Source of the DNA: a virus
Lineage: Duplodnaviria; Caudoviricetes
Length of the DNA stretch: 64,000 nt
Strand: one strand, 5' to 3'
Virus record (IMG/VR): IMGVR_UViG_3300045596_000061
Coordinates: 1-64,000 of that record
The position numbers and the translations under genes are program-made. The notes beneath the pieces are model-generated. The model was not told the DNA's origin. It did not search any database and saw only the letters and a program-made list of their open reading frames with translations. This document shows, one piece after another, positions 40,144 to 49,907 of this stretch (position 1 is its first letter; each line of letters starts with the position of its first letter).

Positions 40144-41187
40144 TTAATCAGCCCAATTAATAGTTATATCTGATGAAACAGCCTTAATCTTTTCTATAAG
40201 AGTGTCCATTGCACTTGTGCTAGTAGTTAAGGTATTAGCTTCTGTTACCAAAGTAATAGTCTTTTCAGACTTCTGCACTCCCTCATTACTTCCACTAGTA
40301 TAATAATGGATATCCATTATATCATACTCCTTAGTAGGGTCTACAAGATACTTTGTAGGTATTGTGTGAGGCCATCCTACATTTCTATAGATATCTCCTC
40401 TTTCACCCATGCAGAAGTATTCAAGGTCTGCAATCTTATGACCATTCTTTATAACTTCTGTAGAAGTTACATCTGTAGCCTTACCCCAAATTACCTCATC
40501 ACTATTATAAAGAACACTTGTAGGTACAAGAGTAAAGTAAACAGGAACTTGTTCCTTAATACCTAATACCCATTCCTGTGCTACTTCTGATATAGTGACA
40601 TCAGTTGCTGTAGAAGCATCTATAGTAGCTCCAGTACTATCTATAAGAACATTCTTACTGTTAGCACTATCATATTTAACTCCTGCTACAACCTTACCTG
40701 CAATTTCAAACTGAAGAAGAGTTACAAGTTCTCTACTGAAGTTCTTCCACAAGGAAATTGCAAGCTGCTCATAGAACTGTGCAGCTGTCATGCCTGTATA
40801 AGCATGAACAATACCATACTTGAAGTACTGATCCTCATCAGACATTCCTATATACTGTCTGAAAACTATTCTAAGAATATAATCCTGTCCTGCTATAGGA
40901 AGACCACCATTGACACTAGCATCAAGTCCTACTTTCTGCTTCTTTAGTTTATACTGTTGCTTAGAACCTCTTTTGCAGGTTATTGTAGAGAAATTATCTA
41001 TACTAGGTATATTAATAAGATCACTCCTCATTAAATTTTCTACACCCTTATATTTAAAATATAAGTTTAAATTAGAAGAATCTGCTTTTGCAGCAATAGT
41101 TCCTGCTACATCAGTAGTTTTTACATCATCAGCTACTGCTGTAAATACATAGAGCTGTCTTACTTGATTTGTACTAAATGTTGCCAT
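40144..41187 (-). CDS. auxiliary capsid protein (crAss001 gp36-like)
   Basis: MATFSTNQVRQLYV start; G.KIADLEYFCMGERGD.YR..GWP. Confidence 0.75.
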   Translation of the reverse strand: MATFSTNQVRQLYVFTAVADDVKTTDVAGTIAAKADSSNLNLYFKYKGVENLMRSDLINIPSIDNFSTITCKRGSKQQYKLKKQKVGLDASVNGGLPIAGQDYILRIVFRQYIGMSDEDQYFKYGIVHAYTGMTAAQFYEQLAISLWKNFSRELVTLLQFEIAGKVVAGVKYDSANSKNVLIDSTGATIDASTATDVTISEVAQEWVLGIKEQVPVYFTLVPTSVLYNSDEVIWGKATDVTSTEVIKNGHKIADLEYFCMGERGDIYRNVGWPHTIPTKYLVDPTKEYDIMDIHYYTSGSNEGVQKSEKTITLVTEANTLTTSTSAMDTLIEKIKAVSSDITINWAD

Positions 41188-41211
41188 TTTAATTTAATAT
41201 TAAATTACACA

Positions 41212-41913
41212 TTATCCTGCACTTGTATGAGTTCTGCTTAGTACAGCAAGTTTTACTGCTTTTTCTAATATCCCTCTGTGTAATGCAGAATTTAATTTAC
41301 ACTCTGTTTCTTTGCTCACATTATTAATAGAAAGACCATCATTAAGAGTCTGTAATATTATAGGCTCTGGTCTTTCTATATATCTTACAAGATATGAGCT
41401 TATATTATATTTTGAAATTAACTCTACTATATTATCACTTATGTCAAGTCTTAATACTTTATTCTTATTAGCCTCTCTAAAAGGATTTCTGCTTATTCTC
41501 CAATAATCATCCTGTGTTACAGGTATCACTATTACTCTTTCACCATTAAGACATCCTAAAGAAGTATCATTAAGAACAACAGACTCATAAGTTATAAACC
41601 ATAGCTTATCTGGTAATTTATAAAATACAGAAGAATCTGATAAACCATTATATCCAGACTCCTTATCAGTTATAATATCCGTAATAACTAACTTCTCAAG
41701 GTATCTTCTAAGCTCTTCTGTCTTTTCAAATGAATCATTGTAAGGATTCTTTCCATTATATAGTTCTACTACTATAGACTCCTGTGCCTTTGTAAGAAAT
41801 ACAGATTTTTCATATTCATCAAATGCTGTACTATCCTGTATTCCCAAGTTCTGCTGTTGTAAGTAGGAACTTAAGAGTGTATCAAACTCATTTGAAAATT
41901 CTAAATTAGTCAT
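41212..41913 (-). CDS. tail ring protein (R3-like)
   Basis: MTNLEFSNEFD...DEYEKSVFLTKAQ; paralog of the neighbouring gene. Confidence 0.75.
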   Translation of the reverse strand: MTNLEFSNEFDTLLSSYLQQQNLGIQDSTAFDEYEKSVFLTKAQESIVVELYNGKNPYNDSFEKTEELRRYLEKLVITDIITDKESGYNGLSDSSVFYKLPDKLWFITYESVVLNDTSLGCLNGERVIVIPVTQDDYWRISRNPFREANKNKVLRLDISDNIVELISKYNISSYLVRYIERPEPIILQTLNDGLSINNVSKETECKLNSALHRGILEKAVKLAVLSRTHTSAG

Positions 41914-41924
41914 ATTAATAAGTA

Positions 41925-42737
41925 TTATCTAGAAGATAGCATTCCTTTATCTGTTTCACTATTTACACCTAAGGCAATCTGAGAATTTAAGTCTCCTACA
42001 TAAGCTGCCTTAGCTAGTTCCACTGCTCTTTGAAGAATCTCATGATGAAGAATAGTATCAAGTTCACAACTTTGCTCATCAGTTTCTCCATCATCCATAG
42101 TGACATCATTACCTAAGTTTTGTAATATAATAGCCCTTGGCTTTCTTATATATCTTATAGTATATTGATGAATAATATCTATATTGTTTGCAAGAATTTC
42201 TATATGTGTAGAATCCTCTGCATTATTTGCCTTAATTCTCCATGCCTGATTATGAAGAGGATAGGTAAAAGGTTTTGCCATTAACCTTGCATATTCTCTA
42301 TATTCTATAGGAATAACAGGAATCATTTTATCACTTATAGATGTACTACCTGAAGAACGTGATATTCTCACAAACTCATTAATAATCATCATAATCTTAA
42401 GAGGTACTCTTGTAGAGTCTGTACTACTCTTTACTTCTGTTAAATTAAAAACAGTTGCTCTTGAATCCAATTCAGGTCTTACAGAAGCATGACCATCCAT
42501 TGCAGGAGTAAAATTAGCTGTTCTTATTATTGATGAAAAGTCTATTTGTCTTATTTCACTACCATCAAAGCCTTCTTGTGACTTATTCAGTTTTGGATTA
42601 AAATATGACTTCACTATTTCATCTTGAGCTTTAGTCAAGAATACAGATTTTTCATATTCATTAATACCAGGAGCTTGATTACTTGTTATATTATTATATA
42701 GAACATCAAACTCATTTGAAAATTCAGAGTTTGTCAT
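41925..42737 (-). CDS. tail ring protein (R4/5-like)
   Basis: MTNSEFSNEFD...NEYEKSVFLTKAQ...LH.EILQRAVELA. Confidence 0.75.
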   Translation of the reverse strand: MTNSEFSNEFDVLYNNITSNQAPGINEYEKSVFLTKAQDEIVKSYFNPKLNKSQEGFDGSEIRQIDFSSIIRTANFTPAMDGHASVRPELDSRATVFNLTEVKSSTDSTRVPLKIMMIINEFVRISRSSGSTSISDKMIPVIPIEYREYARLMAKPFTYPLHNQAWRIKANNAEDSTHIEILANNIDIIHQYTIRYIRKPRAIILQNLGNDVTMDDGETDEQSCELDTILHHEILQRAVELAKAAYVGDLNSQIALGVNSETDKGMLSSR

Positions 42738-42751
42738 ATTTTATTTTTTAA

Positions 42752-43798
42752 TTATTCTTTTGTTTTAGCCTCAAGCATAAACTTAAGTTCCTGATGCTTA
42801 GGAAGATTAAGATACCTTGCAGCTATATTTAATGTAGGCTCTTCATTATTTTCACATAGAGGAGTATTATCCTCTCTAAGATATAAGAAGTTTCCTCTAT
42901 TGGAAATAAGTCCAGCTTCTATTGATTTCTTTATAAGAACCTTAGTATCAAGTAATGGGTCAGTAATTACTCTTAAGAAGTTCTTACTATTACTCTGTAT
43001 AAGGTCATTTATTTTTGTTTTAAGGAACTCAATCTTAATTGTCTTTGATGTAGGTCTGCCATCTAAGGTTTCCACTATATGCCTAAGTACACTAATATTA
43101 TCTTCAACTTTACCATACTCCTTATAGCACATCATAGTAGTACTCATATTTGAGTTAGCCATCTTTGTATCTTCTCCTTCTGCTATAATAACAAACTGAT
43201 ATGTAGCTTTAGGAAAATCCTCCAAAGTCTTTAAAGACGGTGCTATAAAGTTTTTATTTGCAAGAAGAATCTTATATCTTATATAATCTTCAGGGTCTGC
43301 TAAATTAAGATAATTATCTCCTTTAGTAAGTCTTACAGAGTTTATGCCCTCTTCATTACTGTCATCCCAAAAGTTGTCTTTCTTCTTATAAATACTTAAA
43401 GCATTATATTCAAGTCCCATTTTCTCTTCAAGGAAAGATTTTTCACTGTCTGTAAGTACATTAACAAGCATACCTGATGAGAGTCTTGGCACTACAAAAG
43501 TCTTTGAAGCTCCCTCTGCCATACCTCCAGAAAGTACATGCTTTGGGTTATTACCCCAGATTCCAGATAATTTAGGAATAAATCTTACTATTACTCTCTC
43601 ATTCCTTAGACAGTTTATTGTAGTTTCTACAGTACTATCTTCCTGTTTATTTTTAAGATTAGAAGAACTATGCTTGTCTGTGCTATTCTTCCTATTTCCC
43701 TTTTTTACTTCAATCATAGGAGTAGTGTTAACAGACTCCATGTCAAGTTCTGTGTGAGTATTCTTCTCTTGCTCACTAATATTTCTTTTATCTTCCAT
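42752..43798 (-). CDS. conserved crAss protein downstream of MCP
   Basis: 348 aa at the conserved position; function unknown. Confidence 0.6.
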   Translation of the reverse strand: MEDKRNISEQEKNTHTELDMESVNTTPMIEVKKGNRKNSTDKHSSSNLKNKQEDSTVETTINCLRNERVIVRFIPKLSGIWGNNPKHVLSGGMAEGASKTFVVPRLSSGMLVNVLTDSEKSFLEEKMGLEYNALSIYKKKDNFWDDSNEEGINSVRLTKGDNYLNLADPEDYIRYKILLANKNFIAPSLKTLEDFPKATYQFVIIAEGEDTKMANSNMSTTMMCYKEYGKVEDNISVLRHIVETLDGRPTSKTIKIEFLKTKINDLIQSNSKNFLRVITDPLLDTKVLIKKSIEAGLISNRGNFLYLREDNTPLCENNEEPTLNIAARYLNLPKHQELKFMLEAKTKE

Positions 43799-43823
43799 TT
43801 TTATTTTCTCCTTTTAAAATTAA

Positions 43824-43851
43824 GGGAGAGAAAGAGTTAACCTCCTCTCCC
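43824..43851 (-). terminator. hairpin after MCP
   Basis: GGGAGAG...CTCTCCC stem followed by TTAATTTT on the minus strand. Confidence 0.6.
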
Positions 43852-43876
43852 ATAATTGTTTATATATTAATCTGCC

Positions 43877-45388
43877 TTATCCCTGCAATATTGCCGGAAT
43901 TATTGACATAGTTCTAGTAGGATCAAGTACACATATGCCCAAAGTAGCCATTCTATGGATAGTAGCACTATCTTCATCATATGACATATAAGGATTACCT
44001 ATCTGACCTGTGAATGGGTTTCTGATACCCCACTGATAGCCTCTATATTCATTCTGACCTTTAATCTTACATTTGAAGATGTTAGGCTGATCCATAGTAC
44101 CCATATACATAATATCATATCTATAAGACATAGCCACACCACCAAATGGTGAGAGTATCTTATTTCTTACAGGATCATCATAGAATGGGTCTACATCAAT
44201 CTTAACTTTAACACCATTAGGTGCAATAAACTCTGTGAACTGGAATCCTGCACTAAGAGCATGATCATTAAGCTTAGATTGTGTTTTCTGGACTATATTC
44301 AGAGAACTATTATCAAGAACAAACTGAGTCCATCCACTCACAGTCTCAAGTACTTTCTTATGGAACTGAATAGCACCTCTTTCACCTGTCTTTACAATGA
44401 ATACTCTATCACCAAAGTCAAGTTTAGCAGCACTGATTTCATATAGTGCATCTTCAAGCAACTTAAGAGAGAAGTTATTATAGTAAATAGTATTAGCTAC
44501 CTCCATTTGCTCAAATAAACCAGCACCAGTCTTAATAGCACTTCCTGATTTACCAAAGTTCATGTATTCACCATTCTGATTTCTGTTACTTCTACCCCAT
44601 GCAAGTGCATTATTCTTGTAGTCTGAGAACTGAGATTCAACCTCAAAATCTACATTGTGCATCCACATCTTAGCAACATCCTTAACATATCTTCCATTAG
44701 TTTCCTTAGTAATAGGGATACCAACTGCAAGTTTCTTATTAAGCATATTTCCTGGAACTTTATGCTGTATTCTAACTACAGACCATTCATTTCTCATAGA
44801 TACAGGAGAAGTAAATCTTACATCACCTACTTTTCTTGAGAGTTCCTTTTCAACAAATGCAGCCTCAATAGAGAATCTTTCACCTGCAAGTAATCTTTCA
44901 GCAGGACATCCAGTAGTATTACCTCCTGCAAGCTCTACCTTATATACTGCATTAGTTCCTTCCATTCTAGGTTCTCCAAGGACTCTAAACTGATAAAGTT
45001 CATTAAGATTACCTACAATATATTCACCATCAGCAAACCAATCCTCACCAAATACCAAATAGAATGGTGCAGTACCTGCACCTACATTTGCACCAGTAGA
45101 AACAACTACTGCGCCATTTTCATCTCTTGCTTCAATAAGAGGAATGTTTCTTCTTGAACTTCCAATAACATCCCAATAATATTCATTATCATCATCAAAT
45201 TCTCTAGTAGGGAACTGATTCAAGAATGTATCAAGAGTCTTTCCTCTATAGTAAGCTAGCAACTGAACCATAAGGTCAGTAGCTTTTTGTGGTGCCTGCT
45301 GAAATATTGAACCTAAGTGGTTCTCTTTAGTCAAGCCTTTCCAATGCTGGAAACCCACCATTTGAAATCTACCTAATTTTCCTGCCAT
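43877..45388 (-). CDS. major capsid protein (HK97 fold, crAss type)
   Basis: 503 aa; GLTKENHLG, G.GLFEQ, TGERG...F, GFQF.E....NG. Confidence 0.9.
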   Translation of the reverse strand: MAGKLGRFQMVGFQHWKGLTKENHLGSIFQQAPQKATDLMVQLLAYYRGKTLDTFLNQFPTREFDDDNEYYWDVIGSSRRNIPLIEARDENGAVVVSTGANVGAGTAPFYLVFGEDWFADGEYIVGNLNELYQFRVLGEPRMEGTNAVYKVELAGGNTTGCPAERLLAGERFSIEAAFVEKELSRKVGDVRFTSPVSMRNEWSVVRIQHKVPGNMLNKKLAVGIPITKETNGRYVKDVAKMWMHNVDFEVESQFSDYKNNALAWGRSNRNQNGEYMNFGKSGSAIKTGAGLFEQMEVANTIYYNNFSLKLLEDALYEISAAKLDFGDRVFIVKTGERGAIQFHKKVLETVSGWTQFVLDNSSLNIVQKTQSKLNDHALSAGFQFTEFIAPNGVKVKIDVDPFYDDPVRNKILSPFGGVAMSYRYDIMYMGTMDQPNIFKCKIKGQNEYRGYQWGIRNPFTGQIGNPYMSYDEDSATIHRMATLGICVLDPTRTMSIIPAILQG

Positions 45389-45420
45389 AAAATAAAACTA
45401 TTAAAAATTATTTTTATATT

Positions 45421-46605
45421 TTAAACATCTAATGTCCAACCTTTATTTATAATAGACTCTGAATCATCCCCTACACCACTTACAAATTTCAAATTTCCAT
45501 CTGAGTCTCTTGAAGTATTATTAAGTGTGCTTTCTAATTCCTGTAGTCCTTTTCTAACTTCTTTCTTAACCTTACCATTAACAAGCTTATCTATGTTCTT
45601 AAAGCCATCTGTAAGAGTATAAACAAGACCTATATTTTTTATAAAATCAATTCTGTTATCCATTTCATACTTCTGAATAGCAGTATATAACTGACCTGTT
45701 TCAGGGTCTTTATATATAGGTTTAGAAATATTATCAAAAACTTTAGCTCTTGTTGGTTTATCTACTTCAATATCACCAAATACTTTATTATCTTCAAGGA
45801 TTGATTTCTTAAGAGTTTCTGCTTGTTTATTTCTATCACTTATTTCTTCATCTTCTATCTCTTTGGCTTTATCTATAATGCTCTGATACTGTGTATTAAA
45901 GAACTCTTTATTACTTGAAAGTGCCTCTCTTGCATCATCTATATCAGTTCCTGCATTTAATGATTTAGTTACTTCTCTTGAAGCCCTGTCTTTACTATAT
46001 CCTCTATTAATAAAATCTTGAAATATCAGCTGCTTCCTAAGATTTTCACCATTAACTTCATCTGATATTTTATCATCTCCAATAGAATCTAAGTAAGAGA
46101 TAGTGGATTCATATTTTTTAATATCATCAGATTCTACTCCTGCATTAAGAGCATTGTCAATTCTCTTTTGCTTTTCTGTAAGTCCTGCCTGTATTTGCTT
46201 ATCTACAAGTTCTCTAAATTCAGATGGCTTATTAATTTTTGAATATTCTTCTTCATTAAGGTCTGGGAAGATTCCTTCTTCTTTTAGAGCTTTAGCAATG
46301 GAAGAGTAGAAATTTTTAGGAGAAGTACTATCACCTTTATCAGGAGAAGTATCTTCCTTTCCCTCAATGTCTTCTTTTTCACTACCTACGCTCTCTGGTT
46401 TATCAGTAAATAAATTGTCTACATCAATAACCTCAGTAGTTTTATCTTTATCTTTATCACCTGTATCATCAGGCTCTTTGTTATCTTCCTTATCTTCTTT
46501 ATCAGAAGTAGAAGACTCTTTAACATCATTATTACTTGGCTCTTCAAAGAGATTTTCAATCTCATTAGAGTCCAGTATGTTGTCAATACTTAATTCACCC
46601 TTCAT
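45421..46605 (-). CDS. putative scaffolding / capsid assembly protein
   Basis: very acidic N-half and helical C-half, directly upstream of MCP. Confidence 0.6.
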   Translation of the reverse strand: MKGELSIDNILDSNEIENLFEEPSNNDVKESSTSDKEDKEDNKEPDDTGDKDKDKTTEVIDVDNLFTDKPESVGSEKEDIEGKEDTSPDKGDSTSPKNFYSSIAKALKEEGIFPDLNEEEYSKINKPSEFRELVDKQIQAGLTEKQKRIDNALNAGVESDDIKKYESTISYLDSIGDDKISDEVNGENLRKQLIFQDFINRGYSKDRASREVTKSLNAGTDIDDAREALSSNKEFFNTQYQSIIDKAKEIEDEEISDRNKQAETLKKSILEDNKVFGDIEVDKPTRAKVFDNISKPIYKDPETGQLYTAIQKYEMDNRIDFIKNIGLVYTLTDGFKNIDKLVNGKVKKEVRKGLQELESTLNNTSRDSDGNLKFVSGVGDDSESIINKGWTLDV

Positions 46606-46634
46606 ATTAATTTCTCCTAAATTAAATTATTTAG

Positions 46635-46668
46635 TGCAAAGTTAAATGAAAGTAAGTCTATTTACAAT
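46635..46668 (-). promoter_or_regulatory. Bacteroidota-type promoter for scaffold/MCP operon
   Basis: ATTGTAAA...TAACTTTGCA on the minus strand (box 46644-46637). Confidence 0.75.
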
Positions 46669-46715
46669 ATTTTAATTAAATTACTAAGATAAGTATTATA
46701 AAAGTATTTATACTT

Positions 46716-46820
46716 TTACTTCTTTTTGCTATTAGACTTTCCTTTAAGTTTCCCACCACAAGCAAACACTCTCTTCTTTACTGTAGTGGTACTCTTTTTA
46801 CAGCATCCTTTGCCTTTCAT
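46716..46820 (-). CDS. 34-aa Lys-rich peptide (not in ORF track)
   Basis: MKGKGCCKKSTTTVKKRVFACGGKLKGKSNSKKK*; fills the gap after the DUF5675 gene. Confidence 0.6.
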   Translation of the reverse strand: MKGKGCCKKSTTTVKKRVFACGGKLKGKSNSKKK

Positions 46821-46837
46821 ACTCTATATAATTAGAA

Positions 46838-47287
46838 TTAAATAATTTCTATTGTCAGACTACTGGCTTCTAAAAGTCTTTGGTATAATCTTTTAAATGT
46901 GCTTTGACTATTAATTACCATACCCTTAACTTTATTTTCACCAACTAAAATACATCCATAGGTATCATCTGAAGTATTTCCAGGATGAATTAAAACACCA
47001 TCAAATCCTATCACATTAAGAAGTCTTGGTATCTTACCATTGTATTGTGCTGCCCACTTTCTATTCTTAAACTTAGAGCTGACAATATTCATAGATACAT
47101 TATATACTCCAGTAGGTATAGCAGTCTTACCATAAACCTTTTTATCAGTAATCTCATTATATGACATTGTAGATGAAAGACCTCTATCAGTATCTTCAAG
47201 AGTGTCACAAAAGTATTCACCATCTATACTTAAACTTCCTATAGTATATTCACTTCCTTTATATCTTCTATTAAGTAGTAATTTCAT
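46838..47287 (-). CDS. DUF5675-family protein, putative endolysin
   Basis: YTIG.L.IDG..FCDTLED...TAIPTG.Y...GVLIHPGN...DT.GCILVG (His/Cys pair). Confidence 0.75.
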   Translation of the reverse strand: MKLLLNRRYKGSEYTIGSLSIDGEYFCDTLEDTDRGLSSTMSYNEITDKKVYGKTAIPTGVYNVSMNIVSSKFKNRKWAAQYNGKIPRLLNVIGFDGVLIHPGNTSDDTYGCILVGENKVKGMVINSQSTFKRLYQRLLEASSLTIEII

Positions 47288-47642
47288 TTAAATTCTCCTT
47301 ATTGTTGTTATTGCTAATGATAATATCCTCTGTAGCATTTATTAGATTATTGTCTTTCTTTCTTATCTGGCAAGTAAAGTCAACACAAATAGAACTCATT
47401 AATTTAAACATCTGCTTTCTGATATTACTCACTTCTGCTTCAAGTAAAAGATTTCTTTTGAGCATATCATCAAGTCTTGTTTTATTATCATCAGAAAGCT
47501 TTTTATAAAACTCCAAAGAGTTCTGCATATTAGCTATTAATGAATCATCTACTTCACTATCATATTTTCTTCTTGTAAATAACCATGTTATAATGCTACT
47601 TATAGCTGAGACTATAATACTTATTATTCCTGTACTAAGCAT
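47271..47642 (-). CDS. holin-like membrane protein (TM plus coiled coil)
   Basis: N-terminal TM, TRRKY, coiled coil; adjacent to the lysin. Confidence 0.55.
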   Translation of the reverse strand: MLSTGIISIIVSAISSIITWLFTRRKYDSEVDDSLIANMQNSLEFYKKLSDDNKTRLDDMLKRNLLLEAEVSNIRKQMFKLMSSICVDFTCQIRKKDNNLINATEDIIISNNNNKENLNEITT

Positions 47643-47682
47643 ACTTGATTGACTAATATTTTAAAGCTGTTCATACTATATA

Positions 47683-48288
47683 TTATTTTACTATTTCTAT
47701 AAACTTATTCTTATTACTCTGTATATATGGATTTTCTTCTACTACAGTAATCTCGGTAATAGTCTGCTTCTTCTGAAACCATCTTAAAAGAAAGAACTTT
47801 TTTGGTGGGTTCACTGTTTCTCTTCTATTATAGAATATTATATGCTTTTTACTTATAAAAGAAGGGCAAACTCTTATTGTATTAGGATAGGATATTCCTA
47901 TTTTAATAGAATACCAATTATCACCTATTACAGTATCCTTATCTATTATATTACTTTTAAAGATAGTGTCCTTATATATAATAGTATCATTTTTTACTAT
48001 AGTAGAGTTTAATGATTGAATACTTTTTATACTTTTATACTTTATATTATTCTTTTTTATAATACTTCTAAGGTTACTTACTATAGTGTCTTTTGAGTAT
48101 TTTAAGTCACTTATTGTCATTTTAAATTCTCTATTAACATTATTAACAGAGTCTGCTTCAGCAATATATGCTTTATTATTAGCTATAGCTGTTTTCCAAT
48201 TATTAGTTGCAATAAGTCCTGTTCTATAGGATATACCTAGTAGTATTAAAAGAACTAAAATTATAATAATGAGTACATAATTTTTCAT
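47683..48288 (-). CDS. membrane-anchored spanin-like protein (DUF6549-like)
   Basis: N-terminal TM, coiled coil, DT-rich strands, KKFFLLRWF. Confidence 0.55.
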   Translation of the reverse strand: MKNYVLIIIILVLLILLGISYRTGLIATNNWKTAIANNKAYIAEADSVNNVNREFKMTISDLKYSKDTIVSNLRSIIKKNNIKYKSIKSIQSLNSTIVKNDTIIYKDTIFKSNIIDKDTVIGDNWYSIKIGISYPNTIRVCPSFISKKHIIFYNRRETVNPPKKFFLLRWFQKKQTITEITVVEENPYIQSNKNKFIEIVK

Positions 48289-48305
48289 TCTGCTATAATT
48301 TTGGT

Positions 48306-48354
48306 TACAAAACTATAAAAAGTAAATCACCTATACAATAGTATAAGTGATTTA
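48306..48354 (-). promoter_or_regulatory. TAnnTTTG promoter for lysis genes; upstream element inside an inverted repeat
   Basis: TAGTTTTG at 48315-48308; TAAATCAC-C-TATAC / GTATA-A-GTGATTTA at 48323-48354. Confidence 0.6.
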
Positions 48355-48378
48355 TTAATGTTTTAATTTATATATTTA

Positions 48379-49905
48379 TTATGCCTCTATCCAACTTTGC
48401 TCAATAGCATATAAAGTACTTTTATAAATAGTTATATATTTATATGTTGTTCCATCATCAATGTCATATTCAGAATAGAAAGAAACAATAACTAATTGAT
48501 CCCTCTTAAAATCTGCTATGTAGAAAGAAGTTGCTCCTTGTGTACTATTAGAATTATGACCTAAATTGTAGTATCTACTAACAATAGAACTTTTATCCTT
48601 AGTTACTATATTATTAAACACACAATCATCTTTTAAGAATAAGCTCTTAAGAGAAGCAAAAGTGTACTTAGTTCCTGAGTCAGCATTAGGGTCATCCTCA
48701 GTATTTATAATAGATTCAGATATTGATGTACCACTTGCTGCATCTAATATAAATGATGGCATCTTATACACAAGCTTTATATCAATATTTTTATTACTGT
48801 CAATATTTAACTGTGTACTATCAAGACTTATAGTTTTAATAGGAATATCTGGAATAAAAAGATTTTTTCTACTTACATTTACTGTAATAGAAGAAACAGT
48901 TTCTCCACTTGTAATATTAAAAGTAAGAGTCAAAAGAATATTATTTTTAAAGTCTGCTAAACAAATAGTAGAAATTTTACTAAATTTACTAGTATAGCTA
49001 ATAGTAGTAAAATACTCTATACTAGAGCCAGTAGAAGAGCCAATAATATATTTATAAATGCAATCAGGTATTTCAAATAATTGTAAGAATGTCTCTAATG
49101 TATAATTAGCACCTGTACTTGAATTTGGATCTAAAGCTCCTGTAATAGTTGTAGAATCAAAAGAAGAACCATCTGCTGCATCTACTATAAAAGAAGGCAA
49201 TTTATATACAGACTTAATATTAACATTTTTATTACTATCTATTTCTAATGCTTCATTATTAAAGCTTATAGTTTTAATAGGTGTATCAGTTATAGAAAGG
49301 GACTTCTTTGTTATAGAAACTACAATGGAAGAAACTATTCCTCCAGAACTTGTAATATTAAAAGTAAGAGTTAAGTATGTATTACTTTTAAAATCAGCTA
49401 ATTCAAAAGTAGATACATTACCAGATTGTGTAGTCTTACCTATAGCATTAAAGTAACTTATTTCAGAGTTTGCCGAAGAGTTAAGAACATACTTATATAG
49501 GCAATTAGGAATATCAAATAATTGTAAAAATGTCTTTAGAGTATATTTACTACCAGTATCAGAATTTGGATCATATGCTGCTAAAATATCATCACTGCTA
49601 AAAGATGATCCATCAGTAGCTGTTGCTATAAATGATGGTAAAAAGTATATAGACTTTATATCAACTAAACCAGCAGAAGAAATTGCTTGACTATTTCCAT
49701 CCAAAGCAATAGATTTTATAGTAGAATCTCCTCCTGCTCCTGAATAAATGTCATCTAATATAGAGTATAAAGACTTATCAGCAGTTATACTATGTGCTGA
49801 ATTTACATATCCATATACTGCTTTAGCATGAGTTACCGGATATATCTCTTCCTGACCTAAAGTTCCTATAAGTTCAGAACCTATTATTTTTCTTATTGTA
49901 CCCAT
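48379..49905 (-). CDS. fiber protein with three tandem repeats of about 147 aa
   Basis: IYPVTHAKAV fiber-anchor-like N-terminus; repeats begin at 49719, 49278 and 48840. Confidence 0.7.
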   Translation of the reverse strand: MGTIRKIIGSELIGTLGQEEIYPVTHAKAVYGYVNSAHSITADKSLYSILDDIYSGAGGDSTIKSIALDGNSQAISSAGLVDIKSIYFLPSFIATATDGSSFSSDDILAAYDPNSDTGSKYTLKTFLQLFDIPNCLYKYVLNSSANSEISYFNAIGKTTQSGNVSTFELADFKSNTYLTLTFNITSSGGIVSSIVVSITKKSLSITDTPIKTISFNNEALEIDSNKNVNIKSVYKLPSFIVDAADGSSFDSTTITGALDPNSSTGANYTLETFLQLFEIPDCIYKYIIGSSTGSSIEYFTTISYTSKFSKISTICLADFKNNILLTLTFNITSGETVSSITVNVSRKNLFIPDIPIKTISLDSTQLNIDSNKNIDIKLVYKMPSFILDAASGTSISESIINTEDDPNADSGTKYTFASLKSLFLKDDCVFNNIVTKDKSSIVSRYYNLGHNSNSTQGATSFYIADFKRDQLVIVSFYSEYDIDDGTTYKYITIYKSTLYAIEQSWIEA

Positions 49906-49907
49906 AA

